Shown: in pieces, positions 1 to 10,991 of the stretch
Numbering within the stretch: the first letter of the stretch is position 1
How the letters are laid out: the number at the start of each line of letters is the position of its first letter
Origin: Schizochytrium sp. TIO01
Taxonomy: Eukaryota > Protista > Bigyra: Labyrinthulomycetes
NCBI GenBank assembly: GCA_004764695.1
Contig: SMSO01000014.1
Location: 2,289,648-2,353,647, forward strand
Length of the DNA: 64,000 nt
Direction: 5' to 3'
Position numbers and translations under genes: made by a program
The notes under the pieces: generated by a model
The model's database searches: none
Seen by the model: only the letters and a program-made list of their open reading frames with translations
Told to the model about the DNA's origin: nothing

Positions 1-2884
1 CAAAGACACCTGCGAATCGAAGCTGCTCGAGACAAGAGGGAGAGTTAAAGATGCCTGGGCGCTTTAATTCATTTGGTTTGACACACCTGATGTATCGGGG
101 GAAAGTTGCATTTGTACGATCTTCAAGCTGCGAAAGTTGCTTCATGAATGTCGAGGCCTGTGTCTTTTTGACTGTTTGGCCTGTGTCTCCCTTACTAAAA
201 ATAGTTCGAACAACTTCGGAACTGCTTTCTTCGATTGCGGTCTCGAGGTTTTCATAAAGCTTATCGGCATTTTTATAAACAAAACCAGAAGTCTCATACT
301 CCACTGCACCAGCATAGTGGAACACTTGGAATGCCGTGCGTGATTTGCAACGGTCGGAGAACAGCGCCCTCTTAGTCGTATGTCTTGAGACAACTGCTTG
401 AAGAAACTTTTCATCAGTTCCATTGATCGCGGTTTGCTCATCGAGAAGTTGAAAGACACCGTCATGAACCGCTGCAGCGCCCGAAGCACTCATCCCAAGA
501 AAGGTTAAGAGCGGTTGCGAATCATGGAACTCGATCTTCTCAAAAGGAACCCCCTCATCGATGTAAGTCTGCTCCTCAAGTGTGAAAGTATGTCTGTTGA
601 ACATCTGCTGGAGTTTCTCATTAGCAAAATTAATGCAGAGTTGTTCAAAGGAATTGATCTCAAATATTTCAAAACCAAAAATATCAAGAAGTCCAATGAA
701 GCTAGTATCTCCAGATGCTTTCCTTCCAGCAGCTGACACATTCCTGCTGCTTTGGGAACGAAGTGCGACATCCTTGTTGACGAGGAGCGCATGGTTAATA
801 CGTCTGATAATGTATTCGAACAGGCGGTTGTACAGGTGTCGGGCCAGGGCGTTCCGCGCATCCGAGGCCATCTTTGTATTAAAGGCGCGCTTTAGCAACC
901 CATCACGCTGTTGAGAAATATGCATGGTGAGGGCAGATGACAGTTTCTCGGAATCAACACTAAGAAGATCACATATTGCTTCAAGGTTTGCTTTTGAACC
1001 TGAGGCAATCTTGGAGCCTGTGCTACCATGCTCTTCAAACTCTACGTTACCCAGATGCAAAATTGCGGCAACATATCTGAAGAGGCCATCAGTTTCAGCG
1101 TCAGAGAACCCCATTTCTTCAAGGGCCTGGTGCATCTTTGCGCACTCCTTTGAATCATCGTGATGTTCGACTCCTACAGTCTGTTGAGGCAGATACTTGA
1201 ACGCCTGCACACTTCCATCAACCTTGTATCGCTTGCGGAGCTCTGGCTTAAATTGGCCAGTAAGGTAGTGGAAAATGTGAAAGTTGCGTTCGCCTTGCGC
1301 CTGATCCACAACACGACTCTTCTCCAAGAGGTAGTTCACAGTGTGGGCTCCAACAATTTGACCAGAGCCACAAGAAGTATCAAAGTGGATCTCCATGAAG
1401 CGACCAAATCGAGAAGAGTTATCATTTCGCACAGTCTTGGCATTACCAAAGGCTTCAAGAATTGGGTTAGCAGCAAGAATCTTTTGCTCAACATTGGATT
1501 CTGACCCTGCTACCTCGGACAAGAACTCAAGGCATACCTTGACCGTGACTGTTTTGCCAGCTCCACTTTCACCACTGATGAGAAGACTTTGGTCCTTGCT
1601 ATCTTCCATCATGGCACGATAAGCGCTGTTGATGACGGCATACGGGTGTGGCGGGAGTTCCATGGCTTCTCGACCAGTCTCAGCATACTTATGCATTACA
1701 CTGGGGGCAAACAAATCAGTTTGCTTAAATGGATTGACAGCTACCAAGATATCACCAACACTAGTATAAATTTTGTCAACTGCGTAACGACGTCGGAGAA
1801 GATCGATAATGGCAGGCTCGTGCACATCATCAAGTTGTACCAAGTCATTCGTGAGGTTTGTTAGTGTCTGTGTGGTCTCGATTTCGGGGCCGATATCCTT
1901 CTTAGTAACACGGCGGCGCTCGAGGAACTCAATACTATCATCGTCTACAGCCAGTGGCTTCTCTGCAACGATCATCTCTGCCGGACCTCGGCGTTCAAGA
2001 ATCTTTGCGGGGATCCAGGACAAGAGCTCATGCGACACCCACACGAAATCTCCTGAAAGTGCTTCACTCTCTGCCGCAGAGATGAGTGCCGCTGGTTTAT
2101 CCCAGGTCGTCTCCCCGGTTTTACGGTTTACATAATATGGCTCACCCTCCGCGTAATAGGTGTCCCATTCTTCAAATGGATCCTTCGGCGGCTCGAGATC
2201 TCTACGTTTGGGTTTTCGCGCAGATGCAGGTTCTGCTACCACAATATCATCACTGGCAGCAGCAGAATTGCTGAAGTTCGCATTGACATCATCATCGTCA
2301 TCGCTAATTTTTTCCCCGGCAAGACGTCTTGCTCTTTGCTCACGAAACTTTGCTGCCGCAAATTTCCCGGAGCCACCAGAAGATTTCCGCGACAGTGACG
2401 AGGCGTTGCGGCGCATTTGCGCTGTAGATCTCACTGCTGTTGCTGGAACTGCAGCAGCAGTTGCATTCATGGCGTTCGGTGGTCTGCGGACTTCGGGTGG
2501 CACTGGAATGGCATCAGCTGTGGCGCTCAAGGTACCTCGCGTGAAGGTCTTCGGAATAGCCTTGGAGATCTTGGGAGGCACTGGAATGGCGTCGTCTTTG
2601 GCATGGAGACTGCCGCGTACGGGAGGCGCAGGAGGCTCATCGTAGTGGGATCCCGAAGAAGGTGGAGCTGGAGGAGCTCGAGGCATGGGCGGAGGGCCCC
2701 CACTGCGGACCTCCGTGTGGTCGATCTTAGGGCGACGAGGGATTGGAGGTGCGTCTGCGGCACCATAGCCTGCAGCAGGGGGAGAGGGCATTTGGGCAGA
2801 GGGAGAAGAACCGGTAAACCTTCCTGTTTGCTTTGACTTGAGTTCACCGAGAATGTTTGGTGAGAACCCGTGCGGCTGTGACAT
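1..2884 (-). CDS. Myosin heavy chain, 5' portion (Pro-rich N-terminus, WW domain, SH3-like subdomain, motor domain); runs off the left edge
   Basis: Manual minus-strand translation from ATG 2884 (MSQPHGFSPNILGELKSK...), phase checked at 1579, 541, 118 and 28. Motifs: P-loop LISGESGAGKT (~1580), NPILEAFGNAKTVRNDNSSRFG, switch II LLDIFGFE, FEQLCINFANEKLQQ, HYAGAVEY, YIRCVKPN, EQLRFAGVF at the edge. WW domain EWDTYYAEGEPYYVNRKTGETTWDKP at ~2094-2170. Probably missing from the ORF track because its stop lies outside the window. Confidence 0.96.
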   Translation of the reverse strand, partial: MSQPHGFSPNILGELKSKQTGRFTGSSPSAQMPSPPAAGYGAADAPPIPRRPKIDHTEVRSGGPPPMPRAPPAPPSSGSHYDEPPAPPVRGSLHAKDDAIPVPPKISKAIPKTFTRGTLSATADAIPVPPEVRRPPNAMNATAAAVPATAVRSTAQMRRNASSLSRKSSGGSGKFAAAKFREQRARRLAGEKISDDDDDVNANFSNSAAASDDIVVAEPASARKPKRRDLEPPKDPFEEWDTYYAEGEPYYVNRKTGETTWDKPAALISAAESEALSGDFVWVSHELLSWIPAKILERRGPAEMIVAEKPLAVDDDSIEFLERRRVTKKDIGPEIETTQTLTNLTNDLVQLDDVHEPAIIDLLRRRYAVDKIYTSVGDILVAVNPFKQTDLFAPSVMHKYAETGREAMELPPHPYAVINSAYRAMMEDSKDQSLLISGESGAGKTVTVKVCLEFLSEVAGSESNVEQKILAANPILEAFGNAKTVRNDNSSRFGRFMEIHFDTSCGSGQIVGAHTVNYLLEKSRVVDQAQGERNFHIFHYLTGQFKPELRKRYKVDGSVQAFKYLPQQTVGVEHHDDSKECAKMHQALEEMGFSDAETDGLFRYVAAILHLGNVEFEEHGSTGSKIASGSKANLEAICDLLSVDSEKLSSALTMHISQQRDGLLKRAFNTKMASDARNALARHLYNRLFEYIIRRINHALLVNKDVALRSQSSRNVSAAGRKASGDTSFIGLLDIFGFEIFEINSFEQLCINFANEKLQQMFNRHTFTLEEQTYIDEGVPFEKIEFHDSQPLLTFLGMSASGAAAVHDGVFQLLDEQTAINGTDEKFLQAVVSRHTTKRALFSDRCKSRTAFQVFHYAGAVEYETSGFVYKNADKLYENLETAIEESSSEVVRTIFSKGDTGQTVKKTQASTFMKQLSQLEDRTNATFPRYIRCVKPNELKRPGIFNSPSCLEQLRFAGVF

Positions 2885-4140
2885 TCCCCGCAATCAGAGT
2901 ATCCTGATTTACTCAAAATTTAGGGTCTGGCTGCCTGCAAGATGTATGATCGATGCAGGTGAATGCGACAACCTTCTCCTAGAAGCAAGCGCGCAGCGAC
3001 TTATAGGAGGGGCTGTAGACGCAGGGTTCCTGGTCTCGATAATTTACACCACAATCAACGAAGGGAAGCTGAGAGGCGGTCAACTATTTCAAACTCGCAG
3101 TAACGCGGCCCTGGCGATAGATATGTCAATCTTGGCGGATAGCTTGGCTGTATCTTACGGGAGTTTATACACCGTACTATATCGCCTCAGCGGCGTTCGT
3201 TGGTAGATAGTCTGTTGCTCGCGTCGTGGCTGTCAATGATGTTGGTATTGGCAAATCTATATTTCTATGTTTCTATTCTTCTATCTATCTTTCGCAAAGA
3301 AAAAGAGACGAAAAGGTGGAGGAGATGATTATCACGACGAGGAGAAGAGACCAAGATGCGACGCGAGGAAGCTAGACTCGTAAGCCGCGTTCAAGGCGAG
3401 CAAAGACGTGATGGCAAGTGTGTCCAGCACCACCGCCGAGTCTTTGCGCCCGATGTGGAGTTATTAGAGTGCCGGCGATCTTGGCGAGCGGCGCGGCGAC
3501 AGTCGGATTGTCTCTTTGCCCGCGCGAGAAAAGCAACCTTTTACTTTTCTATTTTTTCATCAAAAAAATCTTTTTCTTTTTCTCTTTCTCTTTTTTCGAT
3601 AAAGTGAAATTAATAAATAATAAAAACTTATTTTTTCTTTTATTTGAACCCCAAAACCAAAATGTACTACCTACGATACTTATAATATTGATAAAACTTT
3701 AATTCAAGAGTCCTATACAGCTCATACATCAATAAGACTATCATATTGATTAAATAGGTACCCGGCTTTCGAAAGCCTAAAACAAGCGACAAAGGAAAGC
3801 TGTGCATGGTTTCGGAAAACCCTTTGCAAAAACACTCGGAAGAGAAACAATACTTCGCAGCAGAAGCTACCTACTCTCTCGCATTTGATCGATCATGATG
3901 GTATCTCTATATACGGAACCCGGGTGGCGCCATTCCATTCGTTGCGGGTCTTTTCATAGGAGTGAGTCAATCAATCCATCCGTCAGCTGTTTGTTTGTTT
4001 ACAAATGAATTTCTTGCTTTCAAGTTGCAGAATTTCCGCATGCAATCGCTAGCTAGCTAGCTACCAAAGGTCACCATGCTGCGACATCCTGCGTGGCTTG
4101 CCCATGGCTTTTATAACGACGAGGAGGAGCAGTGACACGG

Positions 4141-4268
4141 TCATTCATTCATTCATTCATTCATTCATTCATTCATTCATTCATTCATTGAGTCAGTCAG
4201 TCAGTCAGTCAGAGATTGAGTGAGTGAGTGAGTGAGTGAGTGAGTAAGTCAGTCAGTCAGTCAGTCAG
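4141..4268. repeat. Compound tetranucleotide microsatellite (TCAT)n-(CAGT)n-(GAGT)n-(CAGT)n
   Basis: Directly visible; a degenerate TCAT/TCAG echo follows at ~4420-4496. Confidence 0.95.
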
Positions 4269-7263
4269 ACGCATGCTACGCCCTGGTCGTGATCTGCCTG
4301 CTGTGCATGAATGGAGGCGGGTTCCTAGTCATTATCCCTGTGCTGCTGTTGGGTGTCCGTCTGCCTGCGCGATTACTGTCTGCCCGTTTGCACATTTGCT
4401 TGCTTGGTAGCTGGTCGTTCAATTGATTCATTCGTTCATTGATTCATTCGTTTCTACTAAGCGAGCACATTCATCAGTCAGTCAATCAGTCAGTCCATAA
4501 TTCCTGGCAGAGTAAGATCAGGTTAAAAAAACAAAAACAAGAAACCACGTAGCTGTAGCTCAATCTGCTGTAGCTAACTAATCTAAATCTGGAGGTGCAG
4601 CAGTAGATGCGAGGGTTTCCAATTGAGGGAACTGCATAATTTAATACGATATGTATATTTTAATTAAAGTCGCACGGTACTGTGCAAAGTTTATACTGTA
4701 AATAAACAATAGTAATTGATTGTGAAAGAGAACTAAAACTAGAGTGCTATAGGATACTTTTCTTCTGCTCCTTTGCTGAGCTTCCTCGGCCGCAGTCAGT
4801 CTGGCTATCAGAGTGTCTGCCCCCGGCCATGGTGGAAAGCTACGCACTTTATCAGATACAGAATGCCTTCAAGGTGGCACATCGCAGTGGATGTGCAAAT
4901 GCAACAACCAAGCCAAAGCCCAATTCGATGAAAATATTTCTTTTTGGCGGGTTCTTGGAATCGTTCTTTTTTCTTTTCCAGGGTTTCAATCAATGTTGAC
5001 TAGGCAGGCACTAGCTACCTACTACGCCTCCTCCTCCTGCCTTCTTCTCTGATTCTCTGAAACAAAGAATCAGAAAGAAAGACTTTCTTCGATTCTAGTA
5101 CGACGATGGTAGGTTGTAACGAATTAGCTATATAACTAACTATATAACTAAGTTAGTTAGTTAGTTAGCTAGCTAGTTAGTTAGTCAGATCGCCATTTGG
5201 CTCTTAGAAATGGTCACAAGAAGAAGAAGAAGAAGAAGAAGAGACCAGAAAGGAGGCGAGAAAGACGCAGACGGTCTTCGTGTATTTCATCTCCGCTGCA
5301 TTCATGTGCATGCGCTGTCCCTATGCTTGGTGCTTTACTCCGAATACGCCTAAGCCTCGAATGAGCTTCCTGTCTCACCCAGCTGGCTGATCCTGGTGCG
5401 GAAACGCCTCTAACCCCTTCAGATGACTTACAGCTAGCAGCATCTTCGCTCGGCCCCTCAAACCCAGACTGCCTCTCGTTCGCAAGCTGATCGTCGTCTT
5501 CAAGAACATCGCAATGGCCGGCCAGCCCATCCGTCAGCCTCTCAGCCTCTCAGTCTGTCACATCCAAGCCTAGCCAAGCCAGGCCAAGCCAACTTCGAAC
5601 CAGAGCTGGTCAGGACTCAACTGAGGGTTTCAGGCGCACAGACGTGGTCAGTAGAACGAAACAGATCTCGCCGAGAGGACGAGTCTGCACAAGAGCAACC
5701 GCAATGCGATGCTGCCTCAGAATGCGATCGGATCTTCAACCAGACGGTAGATGAGATGTGGTCATGACAGCGAACGAAGGCCGAAAAGTCAGACCGTGAG
5801 AGAGAGAGAGAGGAGGCGGCCATTTCGCAGCTCGTCAAAGCATTGATGTCATTCGAGAGCGACTGCATGCCTGTCGATTTACATTGATTATTTCATAGGA
5901 GGACTTGCGCTGACTCGTGCGAAACTGTTGGCGTCGGGCCCCGATAAGCTTTAGGCCAAGTGGTCTGCAGACGTGGTTACAGCATTGCAAAATAGCAGAA
6001 GGATGACTGTAAGATAGCCTGCGGCATCGACGTAGAACTGCACGTTCTGCGCGGAGATCGCCCTCGTTTACAAGCAAATGGGGCCTTTCTTCTTTGGACG
6101 AAGATTTTTATTACTTAATTTGTTTTTCAAAGATTAAATTAAATTTAAAGTAAAGTAATAAATAGAATGTCGTGAAAACTAATTCTGTGCATGTGTAGCG
6201 AGACAACCGCAGTGTGCGATCAGAGAAAACGAATTGAGAACCTCTTGTACCCCGGAACTCATCACCTGTAATGCTTGAGCATGTCTGCACGTGTACGTAG
6301 GTGGCCAGCGAGTGATTGTGTTCTTCACCCGAGCTGAAGATTTCAATTCGTTACCTCTGAGCCTGTTTCATAGAATCTAAGACTCGAACCCAGGAAAAAC
6401 GAGAAGTCAAAATGCCAATAAAACAATTTTTATTTTATTTTAAATGATAAAATAAATTATATATTACTTTTTTTAATATAAAAAGTTTTTAAATCTAGAA
6501 AAGCTTCTACCGATAGTCATTAGGTACTGCTATCAGCGATTGTCCGCCTTGTGATGGGCGAGGAGACAACTTTGTATGAAATGGAGCATTTAACTACAGT
6601 TTACAGCCATCATGTCTGGCGGGCTGGATAGTTATGCACGATTTGCGCATGTTAGTGAGAGCATAGAAGACCTCCTGATTAGACGGCTGGAGGGGTCGGT
6701 AAGAGAAGTTTCAGGCCTTGGAGATGGTTTTCGATCGTTGCAAAAAGCACAGATCTGCAGAAAATGATCATGTTCCAAAGAAACTAAAAGACGGATGCGA
6801 TTGGCCACATGTATTATGGAAATATCTTGCAAGGTCGCAATAATGTGCTTAAGATAAACCCATCAGGGTAAGCTAAATAGTGATGCTCATATTTTTCTTC
6901 TTTTTTTTCTAAATGTTTAAAAATTAATATATATAATCTCTTGTTGCAAATGTTCTGTCAACTACTAGATTGGCAATTTGGCCATTTGGGCATTTTGCGT
7001 ACTTAAGGGAAACTCCACTTGATGGAGCGACTGGTGTATCGCCAAAAGTCAGCCAGCTTCTGCTCAAGGAATAGCCTCATGCTAAGCACTAAAATTGTAT
7101 CTAAAGCTCAATGGCATCTCAGCGACGAACTGAAATGCCACCTCATTAGAACTGCATAAAGAGACAATAAGAACAGGAAAAGAGGAACGAGGAGAATAAG
7201 AAATCAAGAACAACTAAGATAGGCCAATAAGATACACTTGCGAATATTTGAATTTAAGATACA

Positions 7264-9900
7264 TTATTCCTTAGGCTTCTTACTTAGTACTGCTTGCAGC
7301 TCGGCCTCCAAGGCCACATTTGCAGACTTAAGTGCACTCACACGCTCGATTTCAGCTGTCATAGACTCAATCAACTCATCAGAATGTTTGGCAATTGACT
7401 CTCTTTCTTTCTCAAGATCAGCTATCATAGCCTTCGATTCGCCTAAACGAAACTTGAGCGACTCGATGTGCTTTTGACCAGCTGCCTTTTGATCTGTTGC
7501 TTCATTTAAGTCCTTGAAAGCCTCACGTAAACTTCTCCGTGATTCCTCAAGTTCCAGTTCCAGCGACATAATCCTAGTGCGAAGGTCTTCCTCGACCCCT
7601 TCGAGACGTTCCACCTCACCAGCAAGTCTAGCTTTAGCTTCAGCATCTTGAGTCGCATTTCTTAGAATTTCAGCATGCGCTGAAATCTTTTGTTCGCTTA
7701 TGGCACAGCGCTCTCGAAAAGTAACTTGATCTGTGACACATGCTGAGACCGCATCCCGCACAGGAACACAGTCCATTGCAGATGTAAATTTGACATTTAC
7801 GAGACGAGCAATTTCACTGAACTCCGAGTTAAACAACGTTTCCATTGCTTGATAGCCTTCAATAGAGCCTTTAAGATCTTGGATCTCCTGTTGGATAACC
7901 TGAACCCGCTGATTTGCATTCTCATTTACAGAAGCAAGTTCTGTTCCCTTCTCTTGACGGAGGGCTTCAAGATCAACCTGAAGCTTACTAATTTGGCTAC
8001 GCAAACCATTGGCTTCTTCATTTGCACGGCGCAATCGCTCTTGGCCATTTGTTCTTTCAATTGTAATTTTATTCTCCAGAACGGTAATTCTTTTCTTTGC
8101 TTCAGTAGCCGCATCAGCTCGGTCATTGAGGCTCCGTTTTACTTGAGCCAATGTATCAACAGAAGTGGCAAGTTCCATCGTTCTTTTCCGCAATGCCTCC
8201 TCAACCTTCAGCCTCTGTTTTGTTTCTTGCTCGAATTTACCTGCCATGGAATCTAGCTCTGAACCAACATTTGAGACACTCAGTGAGGATCGGTCTAGCT
8301 CTTCGCGAAACTCTTGGTTCAGCTGCTGAGTCTTTCCAAGTTTTGTTTCAAGCGCATCAGCACGCTCTTGCAACGTGGCGTGCTCCTTATTCAAGGATTG
8401 GTATTCTCCCTCAAGGCGAGCACATGTTTCTGTCACCCGGTTAAGTTCCTCACAGGCCCGCCCATGTTCTGTAATCTCCGCCTCTAATTCATAACGAATA
8501 TCTTGGAATTTCTTTTCTTCTTCGTTCAATAATCGCTGCAAGCGATTACGCTCAAAACGCAACTCTCGGACCTGGCGAACACGCTCAGCGTCACCACTCC
8601 GCAGCTCATTTGTTTCATTTTGTAGCTCACTTAACTTTTTTTGTGTAAAAGCTGCTTGTATTGTTTTAGCCTCAAGTGCTTGCTCACTTTCTTGTAAAAG
8701 ACGCGATATCTCCTTCACCTCTGCATCTGCTTTTTCTGATTGCTGGCGAAGTTCTTCCATTTTCTGATATGCCTTCTGACGCTGAGACTGTGCATTTTGG
8801 GAGGCCTTTTCTGCGCTATCAAGTGCGTCACGATATTGTACAAGCTGTGCATCAAGCCTAGACCGTTCTAGAGCCTCTTCACGCATTTGTTTACTTAACT
8901 GGGCTAACCTGTTCCTACTAGAATCAAGCTCCTTTGCAGTGTCTGCATGACGAGCAATTTCTTGATCCATAGCTAAGCGAGAAAGCGCAAGCTCTTCTCG
9001 CGCCTCTTGCAACGACAAAGCTATCTCGTTTCTCCGGTTCTCCTCTGCAGATGCGCGCGCATCAGCTTTTGATACCTCGAAATGTGCATTCTCAACTTTG
9101 TCTTTCCAGGCTTCCTCAGTCTTACGGAATGACTCTTTTAGAGCTGCAATTGCTGCCGCATGGTTTTTCTCGAGAACGGCAACTCCATTCCCCCCATGGT
9201 CTTTCTCGCTAAGCTCCAGAAGGCGAGAATATGTACGCCAAATACGCCCCACAAGCTCAGGCTGAGCTACCGTGCTTTGTTTGACAATGTCTGTGACACA
9301 CTGATGAAATCCTATGCTATAAACATACATTGCTCGATACATGCGGTCAATTTCATCTTTACAAAGTCCGTCACGCTCTAGGGAAGGGCGGTCCAGGCCA
9401 TTTTCTTTCAGGTAAAGTCTTGCTTTAGCATTAATTGACGACACACCTTCTTCTGCACCTCGCTGCACGTGATGACCTAGCATTTGGTCAACCCATACCT
9501 CGCTCACCATGCTTCGTTCAGCTTTGTTCAAACCAGATGCTGTAGTTCCAGGAATGCGATTAAAGATGTCTCTCTGAATCTTTGACGATATTTTCGTCAG
9601 GGTTTCATCCTCCGCTCGTGCATTTGTAGTTGTAGTTTTAGATGAATCAACATCCCTCTCATAACCTTTTTTCGCATTTCGGGCTTCACAGATTTTGCGC
9701 GCAAGGTTAGCTTCTGCGCGATATTTATTTCGATTGGATCCAGGTGGTGGTAAAGCTTTGCGGAGTTGTTGCTTTCGCAGATTATTCTCTAGCTCCGTTT
9801 GATCTGAATAATTGGTGTTCGCTGCACCGGGATTCGGGAGAATGGCCAATCGTGGCGATTCTGCCTTTCGCACAGTTGCCCGAGATTTGCTGGCCATCAT
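7264..9900 (-). CDS. Large coiled-coil protein (878 aa), possibly cytoskeletal or flagellar
   Basis: Uninterrupted ORF with E/K/R/Q/L heptad-rich C-terminal two thirds. The segment IDRMYRAMYVYSIGFHQCVTDIVKQ...GRIWRTYSRLLE weakly resembles axonemal dynein light chain (p28-like) domains. Confidence 0.88.
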   Translation of the reverse strand: MMASKSRATVRKAESPRLAILPNPGAANTNYSDQTELENNLRKQQLRKALPPPGSNRNKYRAEANLARKICEARNAKKGYERDVDSSKTTTTNARAEDETLTKISSKIQRDIFNRIPGTTASGLNKAERSMVSEVWVDQMLGHHVQRGAEEGVSSINAKARLYLKENGLDRPSLERDGLCKDEIDRMYRAMYVYSIGFHQCVTDIVKQSTVAQPELVGRIWRTYSRLLELSEKDHGGNGVAVLEKNHAAAIAALKESFRKTEEAWKDKVENAHFEVSKADARASAEENRRNEIALSLQEAREELALSRLAMDQEIARHADTAKELDSSRNRLAQLSKQMREEALERSRLDAQLVQYRDALDSAEKASQNAQSQRQKAYQKMEELRQQSEKADAEVKEISRLLQESEQALEAKTIQAAFTQKKLSELQNETNELRSGDAERVRQVRELRFERNRLQRLLNEEEKKFQDIRYELEAEITEHGRACEELNRVTETCARLEGEYQSLNKEHATLQERADALETKLGKTQQLNQEFREELDRSSLSVSNVGSELDSMAGKFEQETKQRLKVEEALRKRTMELATSVDTLAQVKRSLNDRADAATEAKKRITVLENKITIERTNGQERLRRANEEANGLRSQISKLQVDLEALRQEKGTELASVNENANQRVQVIQQEIQDLKGSIEGYQAMETLFNSEFSEIARLVNVKFTSAMDCVPVRDAVSACVTDQVTFRERCAISEQKISAHAEILRNATQDAEAKARLAGEVERLEGVEEDLRTRIMSLELELEESRRSLREAFKDLNEATDQKAAGQKHIESLKFRLGESKAMIADLEKERESIAKHSDELIESMTAEIERVSALKSANVALEAELQAVLSKKPKE

Positions 9901-9930
9901 TTGAGTGATCGTTCAAGCTGTCCTTCGGCC

Positions 9931-9988
9931 GCGCAAAGCTGCGCAAAGTCGCGCAAAGCCCGCGCAAAGCGCAAAGCCCAGCGCAAAG
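9931..9988. promoter_or_regulatory. Six copies of GCGCAAAG just upstream of the 878-aa gene
   Basis: Copies at 9931, 9941, 9951, 9962, 9969 and 9981, 30-90 nt before the ATG at 9900, inside the divergent intergenic region. The repeat is seen; the regulatory role is inferred. Confidence 0.5.
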
Positions 9989-10991
9989 GCGTGCGCGACC
10001 CAACTTACTACACTACAAAGATCTAGGTGACGGCCGCTCTAGGAATATGGTGCAGATATTCTATCAAGTGTTAAATGGGGAAAACCCAGATCTAAGGAAT
10101 TTAGTACGACAATTGCTACTAAGATTAAAAGAGAATGTAAGAGAGTTTTAATGACAATATTGCTACTGTGAAAGCAAAGGTGCATATAAAGGCTATGCTT
10201 CGTACGCAAGCTCTTTCGAGAACGTTCAAAGGCGTGTACATTAGAAACACATTTTAGAGTACACACCCCTAGGAGCGCTCCCAAAATTATGAGCAAGAGG
10301 CGTTGTTGAGTCGCAACGGATCTATTTGTTTGAAAGGAAATTAAATTCTGATGCAATACTTTTAAAGGGGTCTAAAAGTATTTGAAAGAGAAAAATAACA
10401 CACCAAAAAAGTACATAGTTTTCTAGGGGTAAAAGCGACTGGGCAAGGTGTGCGCTTCCCTTCATATACACTATATGCCACTGCGCTTGCCCACCTGGGT
10501 GTTCCGTGTTCTCAAATTTAAAAAAGTTTTTGCGATGTGCGCTAGAGCGACTTCGAAGCATTACATCTTTTGCTGTTGAAAGATTATTGATCGATGGTGT
10601 ATAGATATCTAAGCATCCGCAAAGAAGACTACTTGCACTCGAAGGTGTGCTTTAAACAGCACCATTAGTGTTCTATCATCGCCTTTTCTATCTCTGCACT
10701 ATATATTCAAAGCTTTGTTTGGCGCACGTAAGAGACAATCAGGCGCATCAACACGATTCCTGTTACTTTTCTGCATTAAAATAAGAATTTAAGCAGACAG
10801 AGACGGTGCGTACTTGTACAAAAGCCAAGCAGAGCAAAAAAGCTAGAAGAAAGGTGAGGCATGAACATTTGCCTCTAAAATACTGTTCAAGTAAAGCCTG
10901 CTTTAATTCACTAGGCCTACTGTAGTCTGCAGCTGGGGTGGCGCAACGCTGTGTCTTGACGCGGCAGTAGTCCGGCAAGACTTTAGCGACC

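Noticed and set aside
51-3206. Numerous plus-strand and off-frame ORFs over the myosin gene, and similar short ORFs over the other long CDSs
   Set aside because: Antisense or alternate-frame shadows of well-supported genes, with no motifs of their own.
4770-4860. KVRSFPPWPG on the minus strand resembling a PWWP motif
   Set aside because: A stop lies a few codons upstream and nothing else of the domain follows.
6228-6352. TPP-riboswitch-like words (TGAGAA, TACCC, ATCACCTG, TAATGC) inside a 10-bp inverted repeat AACGAATTGA/TCAATTCGTT
   Set aside because: Spacing is wrong, the P4/P5 pairing partners are missing and no thiamine gene is adjacent; an Rfam cmscan would settle it.
6375-6395. B-box-like GGTTCGAGTC on the minus strand
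   Set aside because: No A box or cloverleaf; not a tRNA.
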